From: Phoronis australis
Taxonomy: Eukaryota > Animalia > Phoronida
NCBI GenBank assembly: GCA_002633005.1
Contig: NMRA01000135.1
Span: 528,183-592,182 of the forward strand
Length of the DNA stretch: 64,000 nucleotides
Direction: 5' to 3'
The notes beneath the pieces are model-generated. The model ran no database searches and was not told the DNA's origin. It saw nothing but the letters and a program-made list of their open reading frames with translations. The position numbers and the translations under genes were made by a program. Position 1 is the stretch's first letter. Each line of letters begins with the position of its first letter. Of the stretch, positions 38,301 through 53,938 are shown piece by piece.

Positions 38301-41300
38301 GTCTATTTGATTCTTGGTCATTGGGACTTATTCCTGAAATCACAATGCGCATATGTTGAGAGTCGAGATTAATGTGTATTTACAATTGAGAAGCTAACAA
38401 GCGTTAATGACAAATTGAATTCCTATTGCAACCGCTCTACAATTGCACTGTTCTACTAGTAGAAGCTGTGTTAAGGGGAACGATCTTAGGTGCGCAGACA
38501 GGAGATAAATGACGAACAGAACAGCTTATTTCATAAAGGAATGTTGTACCTATATCAAAACAATTGATGGCACTTGGTTTCTACCCAATGCTTAAGCACT
38601 AAATCAAGAACTGTACAAATTAAGCCTGTTAAACTGAAATAAAAATTACCTCGCTGTAAGATTTCAGCGAACAGTTGGAAGTGATAAACTGTGACACAAA
38701 TTGAAACGATCAAATGTTGGAAGGGTTGATCAATTCTAATTCGTCCTGAAGCCGGTTTCTAGTTGAGTCTTAAATGTCCAGGATTTTTTATTGTGTTGAT
38801 GAAAGGACTACCACTGCAAGGAAAGTCAAGAATTTTGCATCCAATATTATCCCATCTTCGGTTTTATATAGTATTTAAATGACAGAAAATGCTCTTCACA
38901 CCGCCAGAGACCCCCACTCACTTAATGTCCGAGCACCCCTTTTGCAATAACCTCTAGATAAAACAAATCAAAACGAAGGACCGTGATGTCATCGGTTCAT
39001 CTTGTACTCCGGTTTATTACATTTGATCTTCAAAAGCCACAGTCCGAGGTGTTTGACAGAAATGTGTAAATGACCCTTTAAAACTTTTCGTAGGAGTTGA
39101 AACTCAGCAGATTGGAAGCTGCTTTAGCAAGAACCAGAAACGTAACCTTATGTTATGTTTCAACCATGGATTCACCGATGCGTAGTACGGTGCTGTTGTT
39201 GTACCAAGATGGTGAGTTGATGCCTCCCTGTTTAGTAAAGATGGCCTAACATAGAAATATTCACCCGTTCCAAACGCCGTAACTCCATTCAAGAGTCTAT
39301 TAAATGTAAGCCGTTACATGCTTGCAGATCACTGTAATATATTACTACAATAAATTTTACTCCGTAACACTCTTCAACGAGTCCTACATGTGTGTTACAG
39401 TGCGCTCCAGGATCAAGTCTATGTTAACTCTTGTTGCCAAGATTTTCGCTTTTGTTCAGCTTCGAGACTAGCGACAGTCTGCATTTCGCGACGAATTAAC
39501 AAAATGGCCGCCTCACATGAAAGTACCGCTATCCCAGATCTCTCAGGTCTCGCAACTTCACACTTGTTCTCGTTGCTCAAAGAAAAGGCCGTCTCGTTGT
39601 AAGCTTGTTGGAGAGTGTTACAGTTTATAATGTATTGTAGCAATATACTATAGTGCCTTGCAAGCATGTAATGGCTTGCATTTAATAGACTCTTGAATGG
39701 AGTTACGGCGTTTGGAACGGGGTGCAATATTGCAAGAGAAGGTACTTGCAGGATTCGTATAGTCAAGCATTCCGTGGTGTCAGAAAAAAAGCTCTACCGA
39801 AATCGGAGTTGGTTTTTCAAGATGGTGAAGAAAATTAAGAGCAATACGGTGTCCAATGTTTTTGAAATATCTGAAAAGTGAATAATAAAGACCAAATAAT
39901 CAGCTAGTAAACGTTTTTCATAAAATGCCTACAAACCAAAATAAAACACTTTACAGTCAGCTAAGTCTCTTAAGAACGCCAAAACAACAGTCAAAACGGC
40001 AATTTCAAACATCATGTATAATGTCTTTTTATATTTTGCAACAAAAGTGGCTCAATTTATGTGGTTTTGTAAGTTAGACAAGTGAAAACGTTTGGAGGTT
40101 ACAAGTCACAATTGGTTAAAAAACAAGATGTGTCAAATTGACCACCGGTACAGAATGTGTACTCTACAACATGTGCTTGTAATTTAACAACCTTTTTCAG
40201 AAAAAAATGTACAATCTACAATAAGTAAATAATGTTATTGTTTATTTTAAATTGTTTTAATATTCAGATACTATTTATTCAATTATTTCCCTATTTGAAA
40301 TAATTAAACGTACCAGTTAACTAGTCAGATAATGTTGAGCCTAATTGTTAAAATGAATATCAAATACAAATTATTTTTAATGAAATACATTCATTTGATG
40401 TTTCGAAAATAACTTTTACTCTGAAAATCGATCTGGACATTACGATCACCTCGGTCAGGGTCAGAGTATATGCAGATTATATGTATATGAAACTGTCAAG
40501 GACACGCAGCTACAACTTTTCTTACCGATGGTCGACATGTATTCAAGAGACATGTATTGCTTATACCAGTAGTCTACAATGAAATTTATGTCCTCAGAAG
40601 GTCGCCGTCAATATATAACTGCTATATTTACGTTCATGGGCGGCGCACCACAGGGTGGCTGAGAGGGCTTTCGTGCTTTAGCTCAGGTGTTTTGTGCAAT
40701 GGGCCCAACCATGAGGCCTGTGTACGTCTCATGCACCGCAAATGACATCAGGCCACTTGCTTTTTTTAAACGATGCGCACTCGGTGACTGCCCACCGTAG
40801 TAATGGATTCGATCAATCGAGGCGTGGAATCCATTTTTATGTTGCCGAAATGGGACGGCTCAAGTTAGGACCTGATTTTCGAATAGGGGTTGTACGTGAC
40901 GCAATAAACAGACGATCAGCGGGTTTCTGATTTATTGAAGTATTTTAAAAAGATGCCAAGATCAGAAAGCACAGCACCTTCAAATCCTTCTGCGGAAGGT
41001 GATTCACCAGGTGGCAGTAGTAGTCTTGGAACAAACGCAAATGACACATGCTCGTCACAAAGTTACAATTCTGCGTTACAAATTGAAACGTCTGCAGATG
41101 ACCCAAACAATGATTGGTCATGACGACCAGGGCTCAGTTTCATAAAAGTTATACGCAGTGTAGCAACAATGACGTCGCATTATCACGCGTCACGTTGTTA
41201 TTTTTGAACAATGGACCTGACGTCATGCAACAATCAAATTTATCCAGCGGATAAGTTTTGAACCTTTATGCAGAAGACAAACTTCAAAGAAGTATTCATG

Positions 41301-44300
41301 GCGGGCACACAAGAACTGAAAGTATCTTGCTATAATTAACGTAGGACGCTTCGGAAAGAAAGTGGCGTATCAACATTTTCGGAGTGGTCTCAATTTCTAA
41401 TAGAATTTACTGGAGTTTCTTAAGTGAGTAAACTTGCGTCGCTTAGAAATAAAAGAAAATGTAAGGTGAAAAGATCACATCATTCGTCATTATATTGAAA
41501 AACGATAGACCAAAATCCAGTTGTAAATATGCTGGTTAAAGTCGCGGCTCGTGAGCAGGCTACAACGGAAAGGGTTTTCAGTACAGTATTATTTATTGGA
41601 CACTCGTTCAAATGAATAGTGCGATCTGATCACGAGCACATCACCAACCTTCAATTCTCTGTCACAGTGAAGAGGTCTGTAAGCAATCTACCTAACATGT
41701 TTACTAACTTGAATACTAAATTTATTGATAAAACCAGTAACACAATGCGTTTTGTGCAATCTGTTTCAATTAAATAATACATAGCAAAACTAAGCATGCA
41801 TATTTTATGATTAGTACATGTACGTACATCCGCTTTTCATAATTTATTCAAACATTTGCTTCCCAAATTATACGCGCTTTGGGTCAAAGAATGCTATTAT
41901 ACAGTTGGAAGTACTGCACATGTTCGTTAAACAAGTCTACTAAATTTTCAAACTTATTTGAAGTCAGTATAAAACCCCACGTGGAATAACTAGAAGTGTA
42001 TTTATATTTTTGTCGTTCACATTTGCATACGATTTGTTATGAAGTCATAGTTCAGGTATAAGAAGGCCGAAAGTAAATTTGGTTAATATTATTTATTAAC
42101 GACCGTCAAAATAGATGTAATGTGACGTAATACAAAAACACTCCGAAGATGCGCGAAAAACCGCCATGCGACAAAATACAAACAAACATATACCGACTGT
42201 AAAGAAAGCCAATCCAGAAGCAATTATTGAGAGAATGAAAAGGAAACACGGACAACTAATAAAGGAAAAAGGGAAATCATTGTAAAACAGTATCACGGCT
42301 AAAAACTAGTATTATCAATAAGAATCTAAGTTAGAGTCATTAATTATTTACATAGTTAAATAGATCACGTACAATATAGTCAATTTGGTGCATAATTTAA
42401 TTTCTCACCATTATAGATATTGCCTAAATTAGGTGATGTGAAGTGAAAATTTCTCAAGTGTACATTTTCGTTATATATGAATTGTCACGCTCATGTCTGA
42501 AATTGGCGCTTCTATCAGATTAGAAGTGATATATGTCAAACATCCCTAACTTTGTCATCTGAAACAAAATGAGTCAATGAGAACGAAATTGCCTGTGTGT
42601 GATATCAGCAAAATGATTCATAGTGTAGAGCAAGTACTTTTTGTGTGCACTTGAAGTGACTAAGGCCGAGATTACGGTACCCTTTAGGTATATTAACAGC
42701 AGGCGCTGCCAACGATGTGATTTCCACTATTTCGCGAATGTCGCTCGCCGATGTGCAGTCGCCGCAAGTTTCAAATAACCCCGCTTTCCCCTTTGCCAGA
42801 ACGACTGGTCGATCTAAATCAAGATTTGTCCAACGTCCCTCTTGTCATAACCGATTTTTTATTTACGTAGCCTTTAGTAAACAAATTAGAAAGGCTGCGT
42901 AAGTTTTGAAATCTTTCAAGCGACGTTGAGCCTTTTTTCCCAGACGTCAGTGGTGGATCCAGAATCTTAAAGCTTTGTCAGTATGACTTTGTATAGGACG
43001 ATCAGACCACTGCCTACACACTCCTATGCCGACTATTGTAAAAGTTCTTCAATTTGGGCCGTGAAAAATTAATTACTTTGTTCAAGGTCAGAGCTTGTGC
43101 CAAATTTTAGAAATATGCAATATTCGTCGTCCCAAATACCAAGAGTAACCACGACAAACGATCATTTTCCTCGATATTGCACTCTATTAGGACGCATGGA
43201 AAGGCTGCGTTGGTTGCTATTTTTGTCTATTTTTTGACAAAACGTAGTGTCCGAAAGTTGAAAAATATGATGAACCCCGTAATTGCCATGTCCCAATATG
43301 TAAAATCAGAAAATTCAACTTTTGTTCCTATTTCTGTGTCCTAAATTTTAAAGACTTCCCAAACTGGAAAATTTTACCTAATACCACTGTAGTGCATATC
43401 CGCGGGCCGTTTCAGTGCAACTCACCGAGTTTCGCTGACATGTCATCTTATCCATTCACGGTTTTCCACGAGGTAGGCCTATTGTATCAGAAAGAACATG
43501 CAGTTATTGGCCCGAGATTTCGCAAATCGAGCGAAAACCGGTACAAAATCGGTCTTTTATATCGTTTACGACCATTGAGCTCGAAAAGCCGTATCGGAAC
43601 CGACTTGTCTGCATACACTGATTAATTGTTTACCGCGAAATCTCAAACAACTAATCTAAATATGTACACAAGGCTTCTGGCAGTGAACAATTTACAAATT
43701 GTTCCGTTGGAACCTCAACCAGACGGATTGAATGGCCATAATTTCCTTGGGTACACTAGTGAAGCCCCGAGCATTCTTGAGAAACACTCGCCTTTGATCT
43801 GCGTTATTTTGCGTGGTCTTGCCTTTTCGCGAGAGTCATGGTTCTACGGAATGCACTCCTTGAACTCGACACTACGTGGGAAGGCGGGCTTCATGGACGT
43901 TAGATCATGTACACGGAGAATGCACAACTTCCTATAAACCGTTTAATCCAATGAAGTCGGAGCGCTATTAAGATTTCATCGTTACATGTTCATAGGAATT
44001 AACTAACCACAGACAAATTTAACGATTTTATTACTTGTTAAAAAGATCGCCTGAATGCCTTACAGACATAACATTGCTCTTCACAGACGTTGTTCACACT
44101 GGATAATTATCCGAGCATTGATTGAGTACCGGGCAAAAAAAGTAATGTTTCTTTGTTTAACAACCTCTTCTAAAACCTCAGATAAGTCTCAATGGATTTG
44201 TTGTCTTTACGCTTCCTTTTGTCATACATCTCGTCTGCGGATGGGTAAATTTATTTCGATTTTGTAACGCGCCCAGTCCTTCCTCATCAGCACGTTCCCA

Positions 44301-47300
44301 AGTCCGCCGGAAGCTTGTCGCGAGCCAATATTGACGTCAACCGTCGAAACAAATAGGAAATTTGTCAGGTCACAGCTACACAGTTCTAAAACAATGACGA
44401 TCAAACACTGGCTGACTGGAGACAACATGCCTCTAATAACGTGGTTACACATATGTTTATGAATATAGCTAGTTCGAAACATTTTAATGCCCGTCGTTTA
44501 CATCAAAACTTTAATGTGAACACTCAGTGCTTTGGCACAGCTTTTTATTGTATTTTTTAAATGAAAGTTAATAACGTTTTTCATTGGTCCTCGCATTGCA
44601 GACGACAGCTGCATTGTCCAATGAGCGGTGTCGTCATGCATATCGATCAGCACTCAGTTTAATTTTGAACACCATGTTTTTGTTATTTGCAGCAATCTAA
44701 CCTATTCCATTTTGAAGAAATATTATTAAAGTGTTACTCTTTATCAAATGAAATGAATCACATGTCTCACGTGAGCCTTAACAACGACACGTGATGTGTG
44801 TTACATAACGCCGTTGAAGAGCGTGTTTGGCGGAAATTATAGAACTTCCAGGAACTTGAGCCTCAGACGGTTTGTGGATAACTGCGAAAACTAATAAGCG
44901 CTCCAGGACGTTTATCGAAAACGAGTTAGCGTCTATGCAAACTATCGGGAAAAATTCTAAAACAACTACTCATACTAGTCTCGTTGTATAGGCGTTTTTG
45001 GCAGATCTGTCACATGGTGACATCGTAAAACCACCGAGCATTTACCCTTCGAGAAACGCCGTTCCGTTGTCAGCTTCCGGCAGTAAGCTGGGGAAATAAA
45101 ATGAGTCGAAATGCGACCATGATGGGCGATGTTTCGGAAAAAAATCATGGATGTATATTCGTGGGGACGCAGTTACGAAAATTTCCGGTGGGAAATGAAC
45201 GTTGCGTGTGTCTCATGTAATGAGTGCACGGTATACACAGTACCGGTCCTAGTGCGCGTCAGTTTTGATACGCATCGACAATTGATTAATTATAGACAGT
45301 ATAAAACGCACCAAATAATACAAGTCTGTATACTTCTAATTGGGGTAAACGTTTTGGAAGTATTTCTGCATAACACAGAACGCATGAAACATTATAGTGA
45401 CAGTTCGTTTAACATGTTTATTTTTTCGTTTGTTGTTTAAATTGATCAATCATCCAAGAAATGTCTTGCGGGATTCTCGGCAGACAAACCATTGTTTATA
45501 ACTAAACAGTTTGGGTCTGTTTTACGACACTTGACTTACGACAGAAATTTGGGTCTTACACTCCAAACAACTATTTCTGCAAAATAATTAAATTTTACTT
45601 GAGCAAAAGGGCAAAATCTCTCAGAATCTACACACAACTGTTAGTTAACAGTGGCAGATCTACGTTTTCAGCAAGGGGTTACGGCCGGATTCGAGCGAAT
45701 CCGAGGCGCGTAGCACCGATGGGAAGGAAGGTCGGGAGGGGGTTTCCCTCCTCCCGTTAAGATTTTTTGTGGTTTTAAGTAGCTGATTTCGTTTTTCTGG
45801 CGAAAGTTTTTCAATTTTTATTTTTGATCCTGTCCGAGGGGGGGTTTAAACCCCCTGAACCTTCACTGTAGATCCGCATCTGGTTACTGGGAAATTGTCT
45901 GTAGATTATTTTTAGACAGCGACCGTCTCATAATTACTCAACTAAATATTTAACAATTGTGAGCTAGGAGCTTAAGTCTCAAGTCTTAGGACAGCTCCAT
46001 TTCATGAAACAAACCCCAGAAAACAAGACAATGTGATCGCATGCTAGCAAATGACTGTTTTATTGCCAACTATATTTGGCGGGAGTCGGTGGTGCGCGCA
46101 TGTCGCAGTGAATGCTTTCATTAGTTTATTAAAGTTGGAAATAAAGCATTGGGGCGTACAGTATGATTACAGAGCATTTTCGGTTTTTTAGTTCAGCGAT
46201 GTATATGTTTTTCACAGCTACAAATGTGACTCCGACTGAAGGTAAGCTGGAGAGATCCCAAGTGTAAACAAAAACAAATAATTTGTAGGCGGGTGAAAAT
46301 AGGCACTTAGGCTATGTTTCAAACCTTCGAAATTTTAAGAGTGTAGTTATTAGAGCCATTAAAATCCGAGTTTTTCGAGTAGGCATATTTATTTTCTGTG
46401 ACTAGACTTGAATAAGTACACGTCAATTTTTCTACGGGCGAACTTCATCTTTACTTCATACATGTACTTGCACGCACATTGGGATTTTTTAAAATTCATT
46501 GAAAAGAGGTCTATAAAATGTAGCCTTCGTTGTCAAAGTGCCAAACAACACAGCAAAATTTGAAGATTGATACATTTGGCAAGTATTACTGTATAACTTT
46601 CATGTTTTTATCTCTGTCACCTAGTGGTGTTGCGTAAAAGCAAGACCCAAATTAATTCTACAGAAAACATGTATTGAGTGGCGTTTTCAAATATATATTA
46701 GTCGAGGTCTCTGGGGTCACAGACACGTTTCAATTCAATTTTAAAACACTGTTCAAATATTGTAATAAATATTATCAAACATTTCACTTGAATTACATAA
46801 TCTAATCTCTAGTTCTACGGTTGTGTGTCTATTTCTGGATGCCAACAGATGTGTTATTGCATTAAAACATCAAAGAATGTAAAAACCAGTATGACGTGCG
46901 CTAAACACTGCGCCCGCCCGCGGGTTATCACTCATGACACTAGTGTTTCCGACTCAAAGTAAGGGGAATGTTTTATTGAAGGTCTCAAGTCCAGTCAGGT
47001 TGTAGGCACGTTTACTGCGAAACTTGCTGCTGATGTAAACGTGATCGTGAATCAGATTCGAGTTGAATGCCCACCGTCATAAACAACGTTAATTTTAATT
47101 AAAATTGCTTGCCGATGAAAATTCAAAATCCGACAGCCAGGCATACAACTTCGTCAAATCAGGGCCCAGGCGTCAAAATGGCCGGCGGAACGAAATCTAC
47201 CGGCAGAAGCATGGATAGTTTTAGAAAAAAACGTGGGTATGGATTAATTGACCCACACAGCCTCACGTCCATGCGGACAATTTGGATGACCTATGGGACA

Positions 47301-50300
47301 TGTTGGTTTGTTGTCCTTTTTCGCTGCTAATTTTAGTAGGTCCCTTGGCCCGAGTTAAGCAGTCACAGTGCGTCAGTGAAATTATTATTTGCTCCAGTGA
47401 CGCGGGGCACGCTCCTAAAAATATCGCTGCAGGGGGCAAAGTCGTTATACTGACGTCATTGTTTCAGAACTTTGGAATTCATTACGTTGACACGCTGCAT
47501 CCAGTATTGAAGCTTTATTGTTACCCGTTAAGTTAAACAATGAGTTTTGAGGAGGTAATCCAATATAATGAATTTTCATCAAATAAACTGAAAAATAAAA
47601 CTTCGCAAATTTTCTACAAAAGCGATAAAATTGTCATGAATGACATACTTATCAAATTTTAATGTTTTGATTACTGTAAAAGTTTATCGTTCGAACTATC
47701 AGTCATATTCAATGACTATAACTCCACTCGTGTCACATTTCAAAGTTATGTATGATCTTATCGACAATACATGTATTTAGGATCTTATTGGCAAATCTAT
47801 GTATTTAGATTTCAACTCAGTAAAAGTGTATGTTCTCTCAAAGTAGGAAGCCTGTAGAATTTGCTTTTTGACTTTTTACCAATCTGCCATTACGGTTACA
47901 TAAGACCTTATCGACTACTCTGTGTGATTTACATAAATATCTACAAAACTATAACCCAGAACTGTATATTTTTTGAAAGTAGGCAACTTGCAGAATTCGA
48001 TTTTTGTCTTTGCATCGATCTTTTATTGACTAGGTCACGTGACCATGCATTTTAGTAACAAAATGTAGCAAAAATGAAAGGTACGTCCGTAGCAGAACAT
48101 GACCGTGTAACGCGATCGCGTGCGAAGTTTTAAGTGTTTCCTTACTCGGTTCCGTATTTGTTACCATTCGTAAACCGGGTTCTGACTAGCGGCAGGTAGG
48201 ACTCAGGTGGAGTAAAATTAATTGACTGTACCAGTTTTCTGCGTGCATCAACCACTCAGTAGCATTACTTCCTGTACGTAGTCTACTCTAGTAATTTGTG
48301 TGTCTTAAATTGCTCTAGTAATGTAACTTGAAGCATCCAAAAGCATTTTCCGCGGTTGCTTGAATTCCATGCTCCGTGTTATGAATTTACGTGAGTCAAA
48401 TTGACATCGATTTTTGAGACAATAGAAGTGCTTGTCTAAGTATTCGTATTGTGAAGATTACATTGCTAACAAACTGTACTTACAGTCAGCGGAAGCTAAT
48501 GACCCAAGCAAAGTCATGTTAACAGAAAGCCAAGCACAGTACGGGCACATCAATCTTCTCGGGCGAATGAAATATAATATCACAATTAAAACCATCATTA
48601 AATAATGATACTAACGACTTTTCTAATGCCGCTTCGAATATTACTACTACATCTACTTCAATTACTACTACTACTGCAGCTGTTATTGCTACCACTACTA
48701 CTACTACTGCTATTACTGCGATCGTAAGAATTTAATAACAAAACCAATTTCTAGTACTACCAGAACTACTACTATTATCACTAAAAGAATTTAATACTAC
48801 TACTACTACTAGCACTATTATTATTCAGCTTTCATTATTACTACTACGACTACTGTTGCATCTAATACATTATGAAGGAAGTAATGGACGTAGCAAAAGC
48901 ATTATCAAGAGCAACAACAACAACGACGACGACGACGACGACAAGGAAGAAAACGACGATGACGATAATACTAATAATACTACTACTAACAATGATAATG
49001 ATACTACCACTACCACCACCACCACCATCTTCACCACCATTATCACCACTACCACTACTACTACTACTAATAACAACAACAACAACAACAAAAACAACAA
49101 CAACAAATTATAATAATAATAACAGTAATAAGAATGATAACGACAACAGCATCCTTCATAATAACATTTTAGTGAAATTGTTATTGCTATTATTGGTATC
49201 ATAATCATCATTATAGTTATTGTTATATTGGTGAAATAACAATGTTGGCGACACACGTAATACTACCAGTAGTTGTAGTGCAATTTCTCAGATCTAAGAA
49301 CAAACGTCGGTCGGGAGAAGATATCATGAAAAAGAAACTGCGAGTAAATAGTTGCACACATCTAATACTTTGACTATTTCACTACTGAACACTGATAACA
49401 GAGGCAGAAACAAGCCTTTAGTATCGGCAATCGTTTACAGCCTTTGATTTATTCCAAGTTTATTGGAGTAAGGTACTAATAACTATCGCAATTTCGGAAA
49501 CAACGAATCTGTGTCTGCATTTTGTGACATCGTCTAAGAACGTTGCAAGATTAATAAAAAACAATATTTCTTTTTTCTCCAATTCAATGTCTTTCTGCTG
49601 TTGTTTCGCCTACATGTATACTATTGTCGTGTTGGGCCGCAGTCAAACGTTGGCGACAGGTACGCACCCTCTTGGAAACCAAAGGCAGACGTTTGTATTT
49701 ATAAGTGCAGCGTTAACACTGTTAACAACACACGTCATGTGGCATTTATTTGACTGTTTTGGAAACCAAAACAGCGTCTCACGTCATGTCTCAAATGATT
49801 TTTCATTTTATTCCTTGACACAAGTTTGTGTTTTCGTAAGCTACATGGTCGCCTTGTCGGTGTCTAGGAAAGAGATGTCAGGATCGTTCATAATCTATAA
49901 GCTATGCTCCATGCAAGCCTTCAGCCTGACTCCTGCAACTATGATAGATTACTGTTCCACCAGCCAGCCCTATGTTACTCACTACACAACTGACCATCTT
50001 CAAAGGATAAAAAACAAGGCCAGTAGCCGTCTTACTTTCACTGTCGTTCTCGTCGACATACAATACTTACTACAACTGTCTTTGAAATCTGGCCAAATGG
50101 TAAACGTCAGCAAAGCGTCTTCATTTCTTAATGCAAGCAAATGATTAGCCATTGACGGTTGCTGCCCCTCCATGCTGGAATGTCACGTTGTACATTCAGT
50201 CGCACCGTTCGTTGACAGGAAAACAGATTCATGCAAATTTTTGACGAAATAATAATGGATTTCATTACATTCCACATTTTGACTTGTTAGAAGGAGATGT

Positions 50301-51808
50301 TAATGCGTGAAAAGAATCCTACGTGGACACCCTAACCGGTCGAGATGGGCGGGGCAACTCCACCGGTTTGCGTAACTCAGAAGCTGCCGGTTTAGATCAA
50401 AGACACCATGCTATTGTGGTTAATTAACTTGCCTCACGCTGCTAATGTTATGGCTCTCTAGATAATGGGAACCACCATAAACACAATGGGGGCGACAATA
50501 GTATTTTTAAATTTTCGTTTTGAAAGTTTGTAAGTAGCATATTTGAAAAGTTCATGAAATGCAAAGTGATTAGGTTTTTGAATTTTGAAAATTGGAAAGA
50601 AAATTAAAATGTGACTTTTAAAACCTAAAATGTTTATTCAATGTTAAAGTAATACGTTCCTCATAAATTCGGCGCAACATCATTCTGCCAGTTATCAAAT
50701 CACCAGGCAGCAGTTGGGTTTTGAGGTAAACCAAGTGTCATCGTACAATTCGTGGCACGTGAAACAGAGCCCCCATTTGGCTAATTTCGTTTTTGCTTTA
50801 TTTTTGTGGTCCTCAACCTATACCGTACCATTTGTGTAATTGCTGTTTAAGTATTTTAATATTGAAAGCTGCGTTTGGTTTCGATTAGTTGGCTAAACAC
50901 AAAAATCGAATAAGAACTTTTGCGCTTCTAAAATCGGTCCCATAATATTCCTTTCCGTGACTGGATTCTATTTCAGCTGCCAAACATCAAACAATCAGCG
51001 GCTCGTGAAAACGTTTCACAGCTTACCGTCTGACCGGGCAATAATTCAAGATCGGATGAGCGCGGTAATGTTTTAATATTAATCCCCAAAGCGCTTCGGT
51101 TAAGAACCCAACACTGCTAGCTAAATAGGGAAGCTTTAATTTTTATTCATTTTTTATATCGTTGGTATTTTCGGTTGAAAAAGCCTGGGATTGTGTTATT
51201 TATTAAGCTGCGTTGCGACTTAAAAAACATTGTATTCAGGCAATCTCACTCTCTAGCCACCGTAATTTCCCCACATCACGTGACCTCGCCAATTTTAGCT
51301 CGCTTAGAAGATATCTAGGTTGCATCTGCGTTTCATTGCTGGATGGACAGTTATGTAGTGTAAATCATGCAAGTAGACATAAATGTCACCGAATGGTTAA
51401 TCTACAAATATGAGCATATAGCTGTATTATTGTCAAACAACCCAAGGGACACATGGAATTCCCGTACATTACAGCAAAAAATGAACTTTTCACACTCGGC
51501 AAAACTAACAACTGTCTGGCAATCACCAGGACTTATCAGTTTTGTACAACGACGGTCGCCTGGAGATCAAAGTAAACGTGTTCAATGTCGTAGTTTTTAT
51601 GTGCGGGCAAACCCGGCTTGTTGCTCCTGAGAATTTAGTTGTTCGAGCCTGTCAACCCATGAAACCGTTTAATTTCAAATTCTTATCACAATCAGGCATA
51701 ACGTAGATGAAAATAATAAACCATCTTTTTAAAAAGAATGGTGATTTTCGTGGAGATTGTTACCACTTTCAGAGCACAAACTTCATTGGCTATGTAGCAA
51801 AACATAGT

Positions 51809-51863
<55 letters not shown>

Positions 51864-53876
51864 TGTTGCACACAAGAGGAAAGGAGATTGTTTCGACACT
51901 ACAAGCGACTCTATATCAAGCTGTCTAACAAAACGTTTAGTCGTGTTTTCAATAGATCTTGTGTTAACGAAGGGCAGCTACCCAACTATACTTTGAGAAC
52001 AGTGTACTGTAGATTGAAGGCCCTTAGCCAGCTGTTGAATCTGGGAGTTGCGAATCGGTGAGAAGCGGACCGTCAACACTTAGAAGTTATCACCACAACC
52101 CATATGCTTTGCCCCTCCTCCCCCACATAGCTGCCCCCGCCGCTCCCCTGAAGCAACTACATGTACGTGGCAAATCTTTATCGTCCCCCATAAGGCTTTG
52201 GTACTCGACTCTAACTGTGAACTTCGGTTAACGGCTTTCTTCACACCACCGCGTGACGGTTTCGCAAGAAAATTAGCGCACCGATTTTGTGATCACTTTT
52301 TATTTACTCCCAATCAGCGGATATCTCCGCCTTCAAAAATAAGGAATTGTGTCATTGTTTTAAATGGGACCGTTATGTGATAGCATTTTTAAAATTAACG
52401 GATTTAACAAAAACAGCTTTGAGTCATGCGAAAATAAGTGAGCCTATTTTGCCAGCTATTTTTCTTTTTAAAGTTGCATTTCGCCAATGTATAGGTGTCA
52501 ATGTTGAATTTTTAACCGAAGCGCTTTCGGGTTAAAAATATTACCGGGTTCACCCGATGTTGAATTATTGCCGAAAAAGTCAGCGACTCAAAACACAGGC
52601 AATACATGTTCCTACATGCACCCATGTGGAGGACCCAATTGGAATTTCGCTTTTAAGTGCAAAAATGGTTTGTGCACACGTCCGGACATCCTTGGAGGAC
52701 ACGGGTCTAGAGAAACGGGCTCAACTGGCGATATACTCCGAGAGCAGGTAGTGTCATTACACTCAGCCGAAAAACGCGATGCGAATTGACATACGAGTTT
52801 GTGACTGTATGTTTACCTTTACTCGGTGACTAAAATGTTCAACGCTTGGGATAACACGGCTTCTCTTATTAATGAACGTTGTTTGATATCAATATTAAGA
52901 AGTAATGATATCTGACTCCTTTTTGTGCATAATTTTATTGTTTTAATAATTTAAAAAAAACGTAAAAACAATAATTTGATTTTGAAAAATACGCATTCTT
53001 CGCGAAAAGCAAGGGTAGTCGTAGACGGACAGAAATTTCTCTTTAAAATGATATTCGAAGAAATTTGAATGACTTAAGGTGATCTTCATGGCTAGTTTTT
53101 CGTATACCAAGAATAAAGTATATTGAGTGAAATGAGTTTATATTTTTCAGTACCACTCTTGAAACTTATTCTCAAAGCACACTCTGTGTAGTGTCCAACA
53201 AATCGTTTTCAGTCGTTTTGAAGTCCTAAAATTACAGTTCTTTCAGTTAATGCGATGTACTTAAAATTTTCACTGCATGCAACGCTGTGCATTTGCGCGA
53301 AATTTGTAGTTATGCGTTGCTATAAGTTCAAGGGAATCGGGTCTAATTCGGTCTTTAATTACGGCGAACCCAGCCAAGAAAAGTCAGTGAAGGGTTACTC
53401 AATTTTGATTATTCATAGGATTTTAACGATTTTATTAAAATCTATCGGGGTTAATATGAAAGAAAACTGCACATACTTCGAGTCCTCCACAGAGAAATTA
53501 AAATAATCATTAAAGGGTGAACTTTTCCGCCTTTTCGCTGCCTGAGACATTTATGTTCACCGTAAAAATCGACTTTTTACAAATATAATAGCAACCACAT
53601 GACTGTGATACTTAACTACACAGTATTTCAATATTTGTCATTGAGATTGATAACATTGTAGCTAAAATTGTTATTTGATGATACTAAGTCAGGAAATTAA
53701 CTCAATAATGCGCAAAAGCGGCAAGAATAATGAAAGGAATGTGTTAGCAATTAACCATCTTAAATTGGAGTCTTGTCGTTTATGACCATTATAATAGTTG
53801 TTGTTATCGTCGTCGCCATCTGTACTACCTTTACCGCCTTCACTTTGATCGTCAGCCTCTATTAGTATCGTTGTGG

Positions 53877-53938
<62 letters not shown>

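Noticed and set aside
39104-39881. Twin ORFs starting MNGVTAFGTG on opposite strands
   Set aside because: Produced by the terminal inverted repeats of a MITE.
49524-50144. 206-aa ORF as a host gene
   Set aside because: Non-ATG start, intronic, and only a decayed LINE-like segment is recognisable.
51707-51928. QR-repeat ORF
   Set aside because: Translation of the (CAACGG)n microsatellite.
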